Below are positions 25,722-34,975 of a stretch of 48,205 nucleotides of DNA, one piece after another (position 1 is the first letter of the stretch; the number at the start of each line of letters is the position of its first letter). The stretch is from a virus (lineage: Duplodnaviria > Caudoviricetes). The DNA lies in the IMG/VR virus record IMGVR_UViG_3300043179_000050, positions 1-48,205 of that record. The stretch is one strand, 5' to 3'. The position numbers and the translations under genes are program-made. The notes under the pieces are model-generated. The model did not search any database and was not told where the DNA came from. It was given only the letters and a program-made list of their open reading frames with translations.

Positions 25722-26064
25722 GCCCTAGCTCCTCTCTGAGGTAGACCAGAATCCGCTGTGCAACCTCTGCGCTTACCAGGTGGGCTGGTGGAAGCTGGGC
25801 ATATCCACCAGCCTCCGGGTCACCACCCAGCGCCTCAATCTGGCCTCGCATCAGGTGTATCTTCTCCAAGATTCCTGGCTCGGCCTGGCCGCTGCGAAGG
25901 TCGACCAGCCCTACCGGCGCCACAAACGACTCGTAAAGGTCCACATGTCGCCGCGCCACTTCGCAGGCGTAACGTACCGACTCCGGGCTATCAATATCGG
26001 CTTCCCGGTCCACGCCCCATGCGATGTAGTTTTCTGAGTGGTCTTCCAGCTTGAGAGGCTTCAT
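25666..26064 (-). CDS. hypothetical protein
   Basis: TAATG coupling to the helicase stop. Confidence 0.6.
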   Translation of the reverse strand: MKPLKLEDHSENYIAWGVDREADIDSPESVRYACEVARRHVDLYESFVAPVGLVDLRSGQAEPGILEKIHLMRGQIEALGGDPEAGGYAQLPPAHLVSAEVAQRILVYLREELGRGLLQKQRGRSSGQKRRV

Positions 26065-27221
26065 TACACGCCCCCAGCATCGAAAAAGCCGTCGCTGCCT
26101 TGAGTCACAGGCAGTGGCGGCATGAGTGGAGCATGGCGCGCCTTGTCCATTACCAACGTTAACCCTGCCTTTTTGGTGCTTCGGATCTCAAACGACAGCT
26201 CAGCATCGGCCCGGAATGCGGTCGAGCCGCGCATCGCGTGACCACGGTTGTATTCTGTCCTCTTGGCGTTATGGTGAACCAGGAGCAGGGCAAGCTGGTA
26301 CTTGTTCCGAAACTCGTGCAAGCGCTCGGTAAACTGTCGCACCTCGTCGGAGCTGTTCTCCTCAACCTGATGGTAGCGGCTGAAGGGATCCAGGACCAGA
26401 AGCCGGGTGCCCTGCCGGCGTACACGCAGGGATAACTCGGCGAGGTCCGGGTACGTAACAGGCTTCCCTCGGCCGGCCGACTGAGCCAAAAGCATAGACC
26501 GATGAATGACCTCGAAGTTGTCGATGCCAGCCCGGGTGATCCCGCCCCTACTGGCAAGCCGCTTGGCCCGATCCCGAAAAACCTGGCAGGAGAGCTCTGC
26601 CTGGACAAACATCACCGGAACCCCGCCCCCCGGCGTATCGAACCACCGGAGAAGCCGCAATCCAGAGGCCACTGCGCCAGCCAACTGGAGCGCCAGGAAG
26701 CTCTTTCCGGCGCCGTCCTCGCCATGCAGAAAGGCGGAGCCTCCCAGGAAGAGATAGTCGCCCAGGACAGGAGCAGCGGATGCGTCAGGGGCGTCCAGGA
26801 TCGCGGCCAGAGACTCAGAGGCCACGCCCCGCAGGGTTGGAGCATAGTGGGTCTGCATCCGGTCAAGAACGTCTCGAATTTCAGACAGGGTGCGGGCCCG
26901 GGCCAGGCTATCGATGGCGGCCGGCCACTGGCGCTCAAGCCAGGCATCACGAATGGTCCGGGCCGCTACCGCAGGGCTGGCGACCGGTGGAGCATTGCGA
27001 ATCTGAGCGATCACGTCATCCAGGATCTCTTTTGGTACCCCTGACAAAGCTTCTCGCATAGTGCGCTCAGAAGCCGTCCTCCCGGTCGACCGAATGGACT
27101 TGATCGCCGCAGCAACGTCGCGCCATGGGTGGTCAAAAGTGATTGGCGCCGCAACTCCAAGCAGCTCATCAATGTCTTCCTGATGCTGGAGCAAATATCG
27201 CAAAAACTCCGGTTCGACCAT
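26064..27221 (-). CDS. RecA/SF4-type replicative helicase (AAA_25/RepA-like) with DnaB-like N-terminus
   Basis: Walker A 'GEDGAGKS', 'AE', Walker B 'LLVLDP', 'LLVHH..K', 'RGSTA'. Confidence 0.85.
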   Translation of the reverse strand: MVEPEFLRYLLQHQEDIDELLGVAAPITFDHPWRDVAAAIKSIRSTGRTASERTMREALSGVPKEILDDVIAQIRNAPPVASPAVAARTIRDAWLERQWPAAIDSLARARTLSEIRDVLDRMQTHYAPTLRGVASESLAAILDAPDASAAPVLGDYLFLGGSAFLHGEDGAGKSFLALQLAGAVASGLRLLRWFDTPGGGVPVMFVQAELSCQVFRDRAKRLASRGGITRAGIDNFEVIHRSMLLAQSAGRGKPVTYPDLAELSLRVRRQGTRLLVLDPFSRYHQVEENSSDEVRQFTERLHEFRNKYQLALLLVHHNAKRTEYNRGHAMRGSTAFRADAELSFEIRSTKKAGLTLVMDKARHAPLMPPLPVTQGSDGFFDAGGV

Positions 27222-27377
27222 GCATAGCCTTTCACCGTGGAGTTGCCTTTTCTCTTCAGTGTTTTAGCCCTGGTTTGCCTGAGCAAACTTTTGTTTTGCC
27301 TTCTGCACAGCGCATATCTCGCACTGGTAAACCGGGGGTTGGTGGCTGCAAAAGCGTCACGGGACGCATTTTGTATG

Positions 27378-27989
27378 TCATTCGATCCCCCGCTTGGTCA
27401 CCCTGATAACGGCGCCGCCCAGGCGCGCTACGGCCCTGGTGAACCTCTCCAAAAGCTCGGTTCCTGGGTCGTCCGGCCACTCGACTGTGGCCCGAAAGTA
27501 CTTGGCCAGGCTAACCCCCGTCTCCCTGGCATTCTTCGTCAGGGCGAGCTGGCCCTCAAGGTCAGAAGCCGTCCAGGCATTGTCCAGAGCTTTTTGAATC
27601 CAGCCGCTTACCGCCTCCGGGTCTTCACCCATCAACTTTGCCAACTTCAGGTAGTGGGTAAAGGTGAGCCCGGTCTGGCGCATTGGCTTCGGGAACCGTG
27701 ACGCCACCCAGCGGTAGATTTTCAGGCTCTCCTCGGACACCCCGAGCACCAGGCTGGCCTGGGCGTACTTCTCGCCGTAGACGTGCTCACCGTAAATGAG
27801 CCAGTCGCCGATAGCCCATTTGTTGGCGTTGCCCACTGCGCCAAGAACGGAGCCGATCTTTTCCCACGTCCCGTACTCCATGGCGGCGCCGCTCTCCGGA
27901 TCCGGCATGTCCAGCCCAAATTCGGTGACCGTGCACCCCTCTGTGGCAAACAGAACCAGGTCTTTTGCCCTCTCTTCGAGCTCGCTCAT
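27378..27989 (-). CDS. LmbU-like regulator / DNA-binding protein
   Basis: 'W...G..L......WAIGDWL.YGE..YGEKY', 'WVA..F....R...L.F.H', 'W....L'. Confidence 0.7.
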   Translation of the reverse strand: MSELEERAKDLVLFATEGCTVTEFGLDMPDPESGAAMEYGTWEKIGSVLGAVGNANKWAIGDWLIYGEHVYGEKYAQASLVLGVSEESLKIYRWVASRFPKPMRQTGLTFTHYLKLAKLMGEDPEAVSGWIQKALDNAWTASDLEGQLALTKNARETGVSLAKYFRATVEWPDDPGTELLERFTRAVARLGGAVIRVTKRGIE

Positions 27990-29026
27990 TTGCCCCTCCT
28001 GAGTTCTTCCACGGTGTCATCGATGATGGCGTTCATGTTGCGCCCGAAGCCGCCACGCCGAATCGCGTAGTACTGGTCGGACACCTTCCCCATATAGCCT
28101 TTCTCCGGCCGCTTTTCGATGTCCAGCCCCTGCAACCCAAAGCACCACTCGCGGCGGGCGCAAAAGCGGCAATTAAGCCGTAGCTTCCCGTCCCGCGGGT
28201 CGGCGCCATGGTTTGCATCATCCGGCACGGAAGGCGGCAAGCCAGTCGCAACGCTGCTCATGACCTGGTCGTAAATGGCGTCGGCCCTGACCGCGTACTC
28301 GCGCTCGTAAACCCCTATGTGCTCCGCGAGCTCACCGGTGCCCTTTTTGACTGCCACCATGATGAACCGCCGCACCTCAAGAGCGCGCTGGTAGACAGTG
28401 GTCTGACCGCGGTAACCGAAGGTGTCATCCGGCCCCATCGTTCCGGTCACCAGACTCCTGGTGCAACCGGTGTGCCTGTGTCGGCACCCAGAGCCCTGGC
28501 AAGCAAAAAGCTCGAACGGGTACTCGTCCATGGATTTCACCTCCAGAATCAAGTACTCGTCCTTGACCGGAACAGGCTTAAGCCCAACGGCAAGATCCAC
28601 ACCGTACTGCTGCCGGTGCCAGTCGTGATTAAAGTTGAGCAGGCCATCGATATAGCCTGCGCGGCTCTCCTTCTTTGTGCCAAGCGGGACATCGACCTTT
28701 GCGTTGTTCTGCCCGATGCTGTGAGGGGTACCCTGGAAGGCGAGCTGGGCCAGCGCCAAGACACCCAGTTCGAGCAGATCGCCGGTCCAGAACTTGATGA
28801 GGGTCCGCGGGTCAAACGGCTCCGCCGGCGCACCAATCATCTGCCCGTAGTTGGCCCGTGGACACTTGGTTGCTGCGCTCGGGTGATAGCTGCCGGTTGA
28901 CCCGGCCTTCTCTTGCATAAACTGCCGGTGCGTGACCGAAATGAAACGCTTGCCTGCCTCAGCAAGAACCTCTTCATTCATTGCCCGGCTGCCAGCAAGG
29001 TAGCGGTGGATGTAGTCGATAATCAA
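27986..29026 (-). CDS. Cas4-like PD-(D/E)XK exonuclease
   Basis: N-terminal 'S....CPR', 'GYIDG', 'LEVKS', 'Q...Y', C-terminal 'CRFC.....C' (Fe-S-type ligands); TTG start coupled to the upstream stop. Confidence 0.8.
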   Translation of the reverse strand: MIIDYIHRYLAGSRAMNEEVLAEAGKRFISVTHRQFMQEKAGSTGSYHPSAATKCPRANYGQMIGAPAEPFDPRTLIKFWTGDLLELGVLALAQLAFQGTPHSIGQNNAKVDVPLGTKKESRAGYIDGLLNFNHDWHRQQYGVDLAVGLKPVPVKDEYLILEVKSMDEYPFELFACQGSGCRHRHTGCTRSLVTGTMGPDDTFGYRGQTTVYQRALEVRRFIMVAVKKGTGELAEHIGVYEREYAVRADAIYDQVMSSVATGLPPSVPDDANHGADPRDGKLRLNCRFCARREWCFGLQGLDIEKRPEKGYMGKVSDQYYAIRRGGFGRNMNAIIDDTVEELRRGK

Positions 29027-29355
29027 GCGCCGCCCCCAGCCTCTAACCCCCAAACAGGGTCTTCAAGAGTGTTGTTTTGTTTGATTCGCGCCACCAGGTC
29101 TTCAAGCGCCCGGACTACGGCGATGTTGGCGCCCACTGTCAGGTTTGGAACGTCTGTGGCCATGCGCTTAGCGACCCCGAGCCCCTTCTGGCCGAGGTAG
29201 GCGGCCGTGGCTACGGTAAAAACCCCGTTCGTGTACACCTCTACTTGAGGTAGGCCCGGAAAAATGAAACCGGTGCGCTTGTGTACCCGATCACGCAAAC
29301 GCACCAGATCGCGCGTGGCGTCTTTAAGGTCCAGCCTCTGATACACGGTTTTCAC
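29023..29355 (-). CDS. hypothetical protein (dsRBD-like 'G.A.....D......G..IA..RAL' motif)
   Basis: GTG with GGAGG RBS. Confidence 0.55.
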   Translation of the reverse strand: MKTVYQRLDLKDATRDLVRLRDRVHKRTGFIFPGLPQVEVYTNGVFTVATAAYLGQKGLGVAKRMATDVPNLTVGANIAVVRALEDLVARIKQNNTLEDPVWGLEAGGGA

Positions 29356-29504
29356 CTGGCCTCCCGGTGCTCCTTCTTCCAGCGGGCGATCTGGAGCGCC
29401 TGAATCTCTTTGGCGCAATCGGCGCAGTACAACTGCGGCCGCCCGCGCCTCTTGCGAGGGATGGGCTTTCCGCAGCGCCGAACTACGCATCTTGCTTTCA
29501 TCAT
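29352..29504 (-). CDS. small Zn-finger protein (50 aa)
   Basis: Hand translated MMKARCVVRRCGKPIP...RGRPQLYCADCAKE; coupled to neighbours at both ends. Confidence 0.55.
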   Translation of the reverse strand: MMKARCVVRRCGKPIPRKRRGRPQLYCADCAKEIQALQIARWKKEHREAR

Positions 29505-29680
29505 TTTCGTCCCCTCTCCCTCTGCACCCCCAGTTCGGTATAAAGACAGGCAACGTAATGCTGAAGCTCGTCTACACGCGCCCTATTCAGCTTGCCCGTC
29601 TGCTGGTATTTGACATCCATCGAGTGTGCAAGATCCTCGATTCTGTCCAAAAGCACCCGTACGTCGTCTATTACGTCCAT
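29501..29680 (-). CDS. small hypothetical protein
   Basis: MDVIDDVR with GAGGGG RBS. Confidence 0.5.
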   Translation of the reverse strand: MDVIDDVRVLLDRIEDLAHSMDVKYQQTGKLNRARVDELQHYVACLYTELGVQRERGRK

Positions 29681-29965
29681 TACCTTTACCCCCTCTATTT
29701 GGTTGATCTTATTAGGTAGGTGTTCATCCCGTCTCCCCGGAAATTTGTCCCCGCTGCCCAGGGTCTCTCTCCATCGCTGGGCTTTACGTGATCGGCCATC
29801 GACTAGCCATCCGAAGGGGCGGGGGCCTCCTCGCTGCAGAGCGACATTAACCCGCAATCTCCCTAAGCCCCGATTCAATGCCTCGGGGCCACGGCCCCGG
29901 CAAGCCCTGCCGGCGGCCCGGTGTTTCCCGGTCTATCCGGTGTAGACTACTCGGTGTCCGGCCCG

Positions 29966-30223
29966 CTAAAACGGTACATCGTCCTGTGGCTCCGGCCCGC
30001 CCAAAATGTCACCGCCGCTGCTCTGGCCCTGACTGGGCTCGTCGTCCGCCGTTGCAAAGATGAGCAGGTCGGGCGGGTGCTGGGCCTTGCCGCTGCCGTA
30101 CTTGCCAGGCTTCATTACGATGATCCGAACCTTCCCAGGCGCCCAAATGTAGCCGCTGGCTACCACGTCCGGGTTCTTCGACTGCTTGGGCCTCCACAGG
30201 CCGCCAATCTTTTGAATTGCCAT
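29966..30223 (-). CDS. single-stranded DNA-binding protein-like (DUF736-like)
   Basis: 'KIGGLW', 'SG', 'PD', acidic C-terminal 'DDVPF' tail; GGAGG RBS. Confidence 0.7.
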   Translation of the reverse strand: MAIQKIGGLWRPKQSKNPDVVASGYIWAPGKVRIIVMKPGKYGSGKAQHPPDLLIFATADDEPSQGQSSGGDILGGPEPQDDVPF

Positions 30224-30239
30224 TGTCGCCTCCACCCTG

Positions 30240-30268
30240 AATATACTCGACCAGCACAAGCCCGTCAA
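30240..30268 (-). promoter_or_regulatory. sigma70-type promoter for the replication operon
   Basis: TTGACG-17 bp-TATATT with an upstream A-tract. Confidence 0.75.
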
Positions 30269-30277
30269 GTATTTTTT

Positions 30278-31396
30278 TTACCGGACCCCACTGTGTTCCC
30301 AGGTTCGGTAGTACCCCTCATCGTAAAACCGGACAAACTCAGCGCGAACCGAGGATACGACGCCCTGGCTATCGATCTTGATTTGCAAGATCCAGTAGCC
30401 GACGTGAGCCACAATCTGATGCTTTCGCATGAAGATGGACTGGCTCTCCGTCGTCCCGGCCATGAACACGTAAACCTCCCTGTCCATGAACATTCCGGCC
30501 TTGTGGTAGTGACCCTGCACCGTGATCGCCGGCTTCTCGCCGGAGCTCAGCGACTCCACGTATTTCTGCGGCTTGTACGAGTGGGCGTAAGCCGTCCCCC
30601 CACCCGGGTGCATCAGCCGAAGCACGGTCCCCTTAGACCCGCGGCCAGGAAACAGCCCGATGTCTGCTTCGATGTGGCCAAGATAGCGCAGATCCTTCCT
30701 GCCGTGGCGCCGACACATGCCGTCATGAATCGACTTGCTACACACTCTCTTGTCTGTTCCAGCCCGAATGGTCGCACAGGAAAGAGGAATTCTGAACCGG
30801 CTCTCCATGAGGGCGCCGACGTTCAAACCTGACTCTTTCATGTACCAGCCTTCGTGGCAGTCACCAGTAATGAAGTAAGTCGTGATGCCACGCTTCTTCG
30901 GGTACACTCGGCTCGCGTACAGGGTTTGGCTCTCCAAACTGATACCGGCCTCTCGAACCAGCTCATACATGTTGAACCTACTGTAGCCGTCGATCAGGTT
31001 TCCGGCGTGATATACCGTCTCGATCCCTTCCGCGGCGTAGTGTTCGTAAGCGGTCTCAAGCACATCGAGTCGAGACGCCTGGTTCCCGAGCTGGTTGTCG
31101 GAAATCACGCCTACCTTGATCACCCCGCCCCTGAAAAGGCGGTGGTAGTGGCTGACACGGCCAGGTGATGGCGCGGCAGTCGTGAGCGTTCCGTCCCGCA
31201 ACAACAGGGTGTGATGCTCCTGCTTGAGCAGCTCCACACACTCGTCGATGAGGCTCATTGGGGCGTCAATGCGCCTCGCCAGGTCAATCAACGTAACCGG
31301 CTTTTTTGTGGCAGCCAGAATGGCCGCCTTGATCCTGCGACGGTCTCTCTGCTTAACAGTTAGCGTTGCTTCGGCAAGTGCTTTCGCTTTGCGCAT
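30278..31396 (-). CDS. calcineurin-like metallophosphoesterase with N-terminal HTH-like region
   Basis: 'VISDNQLG', 'AGNLIDG', 'ITGDCHEG', 'HPGGG..YA.SYK.QK', 'GHYH'. Confidence 0.8.
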   Translation of the reverse strand: MRKAKALAEATLTVKQRDRRRIKAAILAATKKPVTLIDLARRIDAPMSLIDECVELLKQEHHTLLLRDGTLTTAAPSPGRVSHYHRLFRGGVIKVGVISDNQLGNQASRLDVLETAYEHYAAEGIETVYHAGNLIDGYSRFNMYELVREAGISLESQTLYASRVYPKKRGITTYFITGDCHEGWYMKESGLNVGALMESRFRIPLSCATIRAGTDKRVCSKSIHDGMCRRHGRKDLRYLGHIEADIGLFPGRGSKGTVLRLMHPGGGTAYAHSYKPQKYVESLSSGEKPAITVQGHYHKAGMFMDREVYVFMAGTTESQSIFMRKHQIVAHVGYWILQIKIDSQGVVSSVRAEFVRFYDEGYYRTWEHSGVR

Positions 31397-31626
31397 GTAC
31401 ACACCCCATCCAGGTGGTTCTTGAAGACGCTAATTCGCGCTTCCAACCCAAGTTGTTGAACAGCAAGGGCATGCGCCTTGCTAACACTCACAGGCTCTCC
31501 AGACGCTAACAAATTCTCAAGCTCCAAAACGAACTCTTTCACGTCTCGGTTTGCCTTTCGGAACCAACACACCTGGCTGGCCTTGCGTGCCGTAGCCAAC
31601 ATTTCGGCAAGCAATTTCTTTTGCAA
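31360..31626 (-). CDS. small hypothetical protein
   Basis: TTG with GGGAGG RBS; 'CWF...NH....C' pattern. Confidence 0.5.
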   Translation of the reverse strand: MQKKLLAEMLATARKASQVCWFRKANRDVKEFVLELENLLASGEPVSVSKAHALAVQQLGLEARISVFKNHLDGVCTCAKRKHLPKQR

Positions 31627-32143
31627 GTTTGCCTCCCATGGCCTGCTTGATCGAAATCTTCAGGGTTGTGCGAACAGACCGCCGGAACCTAAGCTGGTCC
31701 AATAGCTTTGCGAAATCCTCTGCGTACAGGTCGTGCGCGTCGTACCAAGTCATCAACGCTTCTGTGAATTCTGGCGGGGCCTCTGACAGGCCGTGCCACT
31801 TCGGGTACGGCGGAGGCTCCCTGAACATCAGCCCGATGGGTGTAACCCACACCGCTTTCCCCACCGGCTCCATCACGACCCGGTATGCCTTCTGCGCCAT
31901 GTCCGCAAACACCCTGCCAACCTCAAGCGGCGCAGGATAGTTCCAGAAGTAGGTCCACTGGAGCACACGATTTCTGGCTGGCACCAAAACTGTCACGCCG
32001 TCTCCCAGGTCTAGCCCAAAGTGCGTACAGCCCTCACATTCGAGGTGCACATACCAGTTGATAGAAATCAAAACCGGCTTTGTCTCGCGCTGCCCAGCCG
32101 TCATTGCGCCAACAAACGCAGCAAACACGGCTGGGGCTAACAT
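31517..32143 (-). CDS. hypothetical protein with hydrophobic N-terminus
   Basis: GGAGGG RBS; MLAPAVFAAFVGAMTAG signal-like. Confidence 0.55.
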   Translation of the reverse strand: MLAPAVFAAFVGAMTAGQRETKPVLISINWYVHLECEGCTHFGLDLGDGVTVLVPARNRVLQWTYFWNYPAPLEVGRVFADMAQKAYRVVMEPVGKAVWVTPIGLMFREPPPYPKWHGLSEAPPEFTEALMTWYDAHDLYAEDFAKLLDQLRFRRSVRTTLKISIKQAMGGKLAKEIACRNVGYGTQGQPGVLVPKGKPRRERVRFGA

Positions 32144-32154
32144 TGGGTACCCTC

Positions 32155-32559
32155 CTAGGCATCGGGCCAGTAGCTCTTCTTTCCCTTTCCGTCGGCCCGT
32201 TCCTGCGCGGTTTCCAGGCGGTCCAAGATATCCTGAGCTCGTACTGCCCTGGCCCGATCTGCGTCTTCTTTAGCGATCTCTTCCGTCAGGATCCGCTTCA
32301 GCTCATCCGGCGTTACCCGGCGGTGCGCGAGAGCGTTTCGGATCGCCTCCAGCGCCCCAGCGCCAAAGCTGGCCAAGAGCGCTGCGGCGACAACGCCGAA
32401 AGGTCCGGGAATAACGGTCACCAGCACCGGCGCGAGCTCGCCAATGAAGTGGTCACTGGCCGCAAGACCGCCAACCGCAAGCGCGGAAAGCCCAGCGACC
32501 CGGACGCCTTTCAAGAACGACTTACTGATCTTAAAAAACGGGTTTGCAACTTTCTTCAT
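32155..32559 (-). CDS. holin-like membrane protein
   Basis: Two hydrophobic segments and a charged C-terminus; 'S..KSFLKG' holin-like start; AGGAG RBS. Confidence 0.55.
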   Translation of the reverse strand: MKKVANPFFKISKSFLKGVRVAGLSALAVGGLAASDHFIGELAPVLVTVIPGPFGVVAAALLASFGAGALEAIRNALAHRRVTPDELKRILTEEIAKEDADRARAVRAQDILDRLETAQERADGKGKKSYWPDA

Positions 32560-32568
32560 GGTCTCCTC

Positions 32569-33876
32569 CTATGTCATTTCTGCGATTGAAAGGTTTGGCG
32601 TGCCAGACCCAGCGATAGCAGAGATCCTGCCGCGGCCGGTTGTTAGCAAGTATTCCTGAATGCCGCTTGGCAGCTCCGCGTCGGTTACCAGCGCCACCTC
32701 AGCGATAAACACATCGTCCAGAAAGAAATGCCCGGCCGGAATCGAGCCAGGTGAGAAACGAACAGTGTAGTAGCGCTCCAGGTCCGACGTAAACGTCTTA
32801 CGCACATCGGTTTTGCTTGTTGCTAGGACGTTGAACCAGTTCTCTGTGGCGGACCAAGAGCCATCAGCCTGAAGCCACTTAATCCCGCCGGAGTCATCGT
32901 CCAGGGTTTCAGTGATGGCGTAGTTGGCGCTCATCAGCGCCGCTGACTCTTTGTGGCCGAAGCCAAGCACGTAGGCGCGCCCAGCCGCGAGCTTGAAGGC
33001 TCCCTGCTGGACCAGCTCGGTTTTGACCTCGCTGAGCGACACCGCGTCCACATTGCCCGCGTCCGCCGCGGTCGGAACGATTACCTGAATCCGAAGATTG
33101 GTCGCCCCGGCCAGCGCCTTGAACCGGATCTCATAGCGTGTAAAAGCGGCATTGGTCCCATCCGTCCAGAGGGCCGTGGTCGCACCGGCCTGCCACACCC
33201 CATTGCTGTCCAAAGACTTGTTGTTGACCGTATCGATGAGGCGTAGCACAACCGTGGCCGGGTCGGAACCGCAGAAACCAAGATACGCCCGGAGCACATA
33301 AACCTTCGTTGCGTCGTCGGGAATGGCAATGTTTTGCAAGATATTGGTCCCGCCGCCAGTGGTCCCGCCGTCAAGTGCGGCCGAACTGGTGCCCTCGACC
33401 TTGTTGGTCGTGTCCTCAACCACTGTTCCGTCACCAACATCGGTCTCGGTCCAGTTGTCCGGCACACCAGCCGTCCAGGCGTTGAGCCCGCCGTTCAGCA
33501 CCTTTTCCGTCTGTGCCTGAGAGATTTTTGCGTCCCGCAGCCCGGTCAGCGGCGCCGTCTTGTTCAGTGTCACGGCGGCCTGGCCGCCCAGCTCCTGCCA
33601 GTTGTTCGGGGGTTCGTTCTCGATACCGACCCGATCCTGGCTCCCCAGCACCGCGCCCTCTGCGTCAGAGGCCCACGTGTACTGAGTCTCAAAACCGGGA
33701 TCGAAAACAGGGTTTGGCGAGTAGCGGTAGTGCACGTCAGCCGCATCCGCAAATATCCGAAGCATACGGCGGCTTTCGGCCTCTTCGCTGTCGTAAGCTG
33801 CGGTGGTAGAAAGCGCAACAATTCTGTGTTTGGTCGGGGTTCCGGCCATCATCAAGGAAACGTATTCTTGGCCCAT
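32569..33876 (-). CDS. virion protein with inserted CBM-like domains
   Basis: 'VFDPGFE', 'VLNGG...W....PDNW', 'LDDV.I' carbohydrate-binding-module signatures. Confidence 0.6.
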   Translation of the reverse strand: MGQEYVSLMMAGTPTKHRIVALSTTAAYDSEEAESRRMLRIFADAADVHYRYSPNPVFDPGFETQYTWASDAEGAVLGSQDRVGIENEPPNNWQELGGQAAVTLNKTAPLTGLRDAKISQAQTEKVLNGGLNAWTAGVPDNWTETDVGDGTVVEDTTNKVEGTSSAALDGGTTGGGTNILQNIAIPDDATKVYVLRAYLGFCGSDPATVVLRLIDTVNNKSLDSNGVWQAGATTALWTDGTNAAFTRYEIRFKALAGATNLRIQVIVPTAADAGNVDAVSLSEVKTELVQQGAFKLAAGRAYVLGFGHKESAALMSANYAITETLDDDSGGIKWLQADGSWSATENWFNVLATSKTDVRKTFTSDLERYYTVRFSPGSIPAGHFFLDDVFIAEVALVTDAELPSGIQEYLLTTGRGRISAIAGSGTPNLSIAEMT

Positions 33877-33889
33877 GTGCTCCTCCTTA

Positions 33890-34309
33890 TTATCCTTGCC
33901 TTCTCTGCGCGCAAACCCTGCCCAAAGCTACCCCTTCGTCTGGAACCTCAAATACCCACCATGAAATTATACCACGCCTCGGCTCTCCTGGCGTCTCCAA
34001 TTCTGCCCAGGAAAGTTGCCCCCTGCGAGGCTCGTTGGGCGTCTCAAACTCGACCCAGGAGACTTGACCTCTACGTGGCTCGTTGGGTGTCTCAAACTCG
34101 ACCCATGAAACCTGACCTCTTCTAGGCTCATCTGGTGTTTCAAACTCCACCCACGAAACTTGACCTCTACGTGGCTCGTTGGGTGTTTCAAGCTCGACCC
34201 ACGAGACTTGACCTCTGCGGTCTGAGTCTTGCTCAAGCAGGTAGACTCCGGAGCCATCTTCCAGTAGGTACCTGTCGGTCCCTGATTCAAGTTGGTATGC
34301 ATCGGCCAT
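33890..34309 (-). CDS. repeat protein (6 x RRGQVSWVEFETPNEP-like) associated with tail fibre genes
   Basis: N-terminal 'LLEDG..LLE' motif followed by 16-aa repeats. Confidence 0.7.
   Translation of the reverse strand: MADAYQLESGTDRYLLEDGSGVYLLEQDSDRRGQVSWVELETPNEPRRGQVSWVEFETPDEPRRGQVSWVEFETPNEPRRGQVSWVEFETPNEPRRGQLSWAELETPGEPRRGIISWWVFEVPDEGVALGRVCAQRRQG
33935..34219. repeat. 48-bp imperfect coding tandem repeat, about 6 copies
   Basis: Repeat units diverge mostly at synonymous positions. Confidence 0.85.
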
Positions 34310-34310
34310 C

Positions 34311-34973
34311 TCACACCAATTCGAGCACCGCGTAGTGGCGCCTGAAGTCTACCGTGGAAGCATTGGTTCCCAACTGCATTGTGACCCTCAACGCCCAGGC
34401 GGCAGTCGTGTCCTGTGTAAACGTACCGTTAGAGGCCATCGGGCAATTCTCTCCAATTTCGTCAGTTGCCTTGTTTCCCAATCCGGTCGTTGCGCCGCCC
34501 GCCGTGTGCTGGAGAAGGATGCCATTGAGGATCATTACGTTGCTGGCGTTTTGCATTCCAAACTCGAACACGTACCTGCCAGGAACTCGACTGGCGTTAG
34601 CGGGCAATGCAAGGCCTGCGTCGGCGTAGCGCACAGTGCCGCCTGTGTACACCCTGAGAGTCGCGGCAGTCTCTGTAGCCCCGGAGTTGTTGAGACGGTC
34701 GTAATGAATGGTAAGCCGCAGCATTCGGTTTGTACTCATCAGGTTGGCTGCAATCGTCTGGTTGAAGATGTCCGTTTCAGCAACAGAGCTAACGATGTTG
34801 ATCAGGGTAACTTCGCGCGCCACTGTCCGGACAAAACCCTCTGTGTCCCTCAGAAACGCGCTCACCTGCGTGAACGTTGCTTTTTTGGATACGGCCGAAT
34901 CGTTCACGGCCAGCTCTTGAGCGCCCACAACAGAGCTTACGGCCGTCAGCGCGCTGATTTTGGTATCCGCCAT
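34311..34973 (-). CDS. tail fibre-like protein
   Basis: 'MADTKISALT...K.T' fibre N-terminus; beta-rich C-terminus. Confidence 0.65.
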   Translation of the reverse strand: MADTKISALTAVSSVVGAQELAVNDSAVSKKATFTQVSAFLRDTEGFVRTVAREVTLINIVSSVAETDIFNQTIAANLMSTNRMLRLTIHYDRLNNSGATETAATLRVYTGGTVRYADAGLALPANASRVPGRYVFEFGMQNASNVMILNGILLQHTAGGATTGLGNKATDEIGENCPMASNGTFTQDTTAAWALRVTMQLGTNASTVDFRRHYAVLELV

Positions 34974-34975
34974 AG

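Noticed and set aside
33935-34219. DGR template/variable repeat
   Set aside because: No reverse transcriptase; differences are synonymous-type, not adenine-specific
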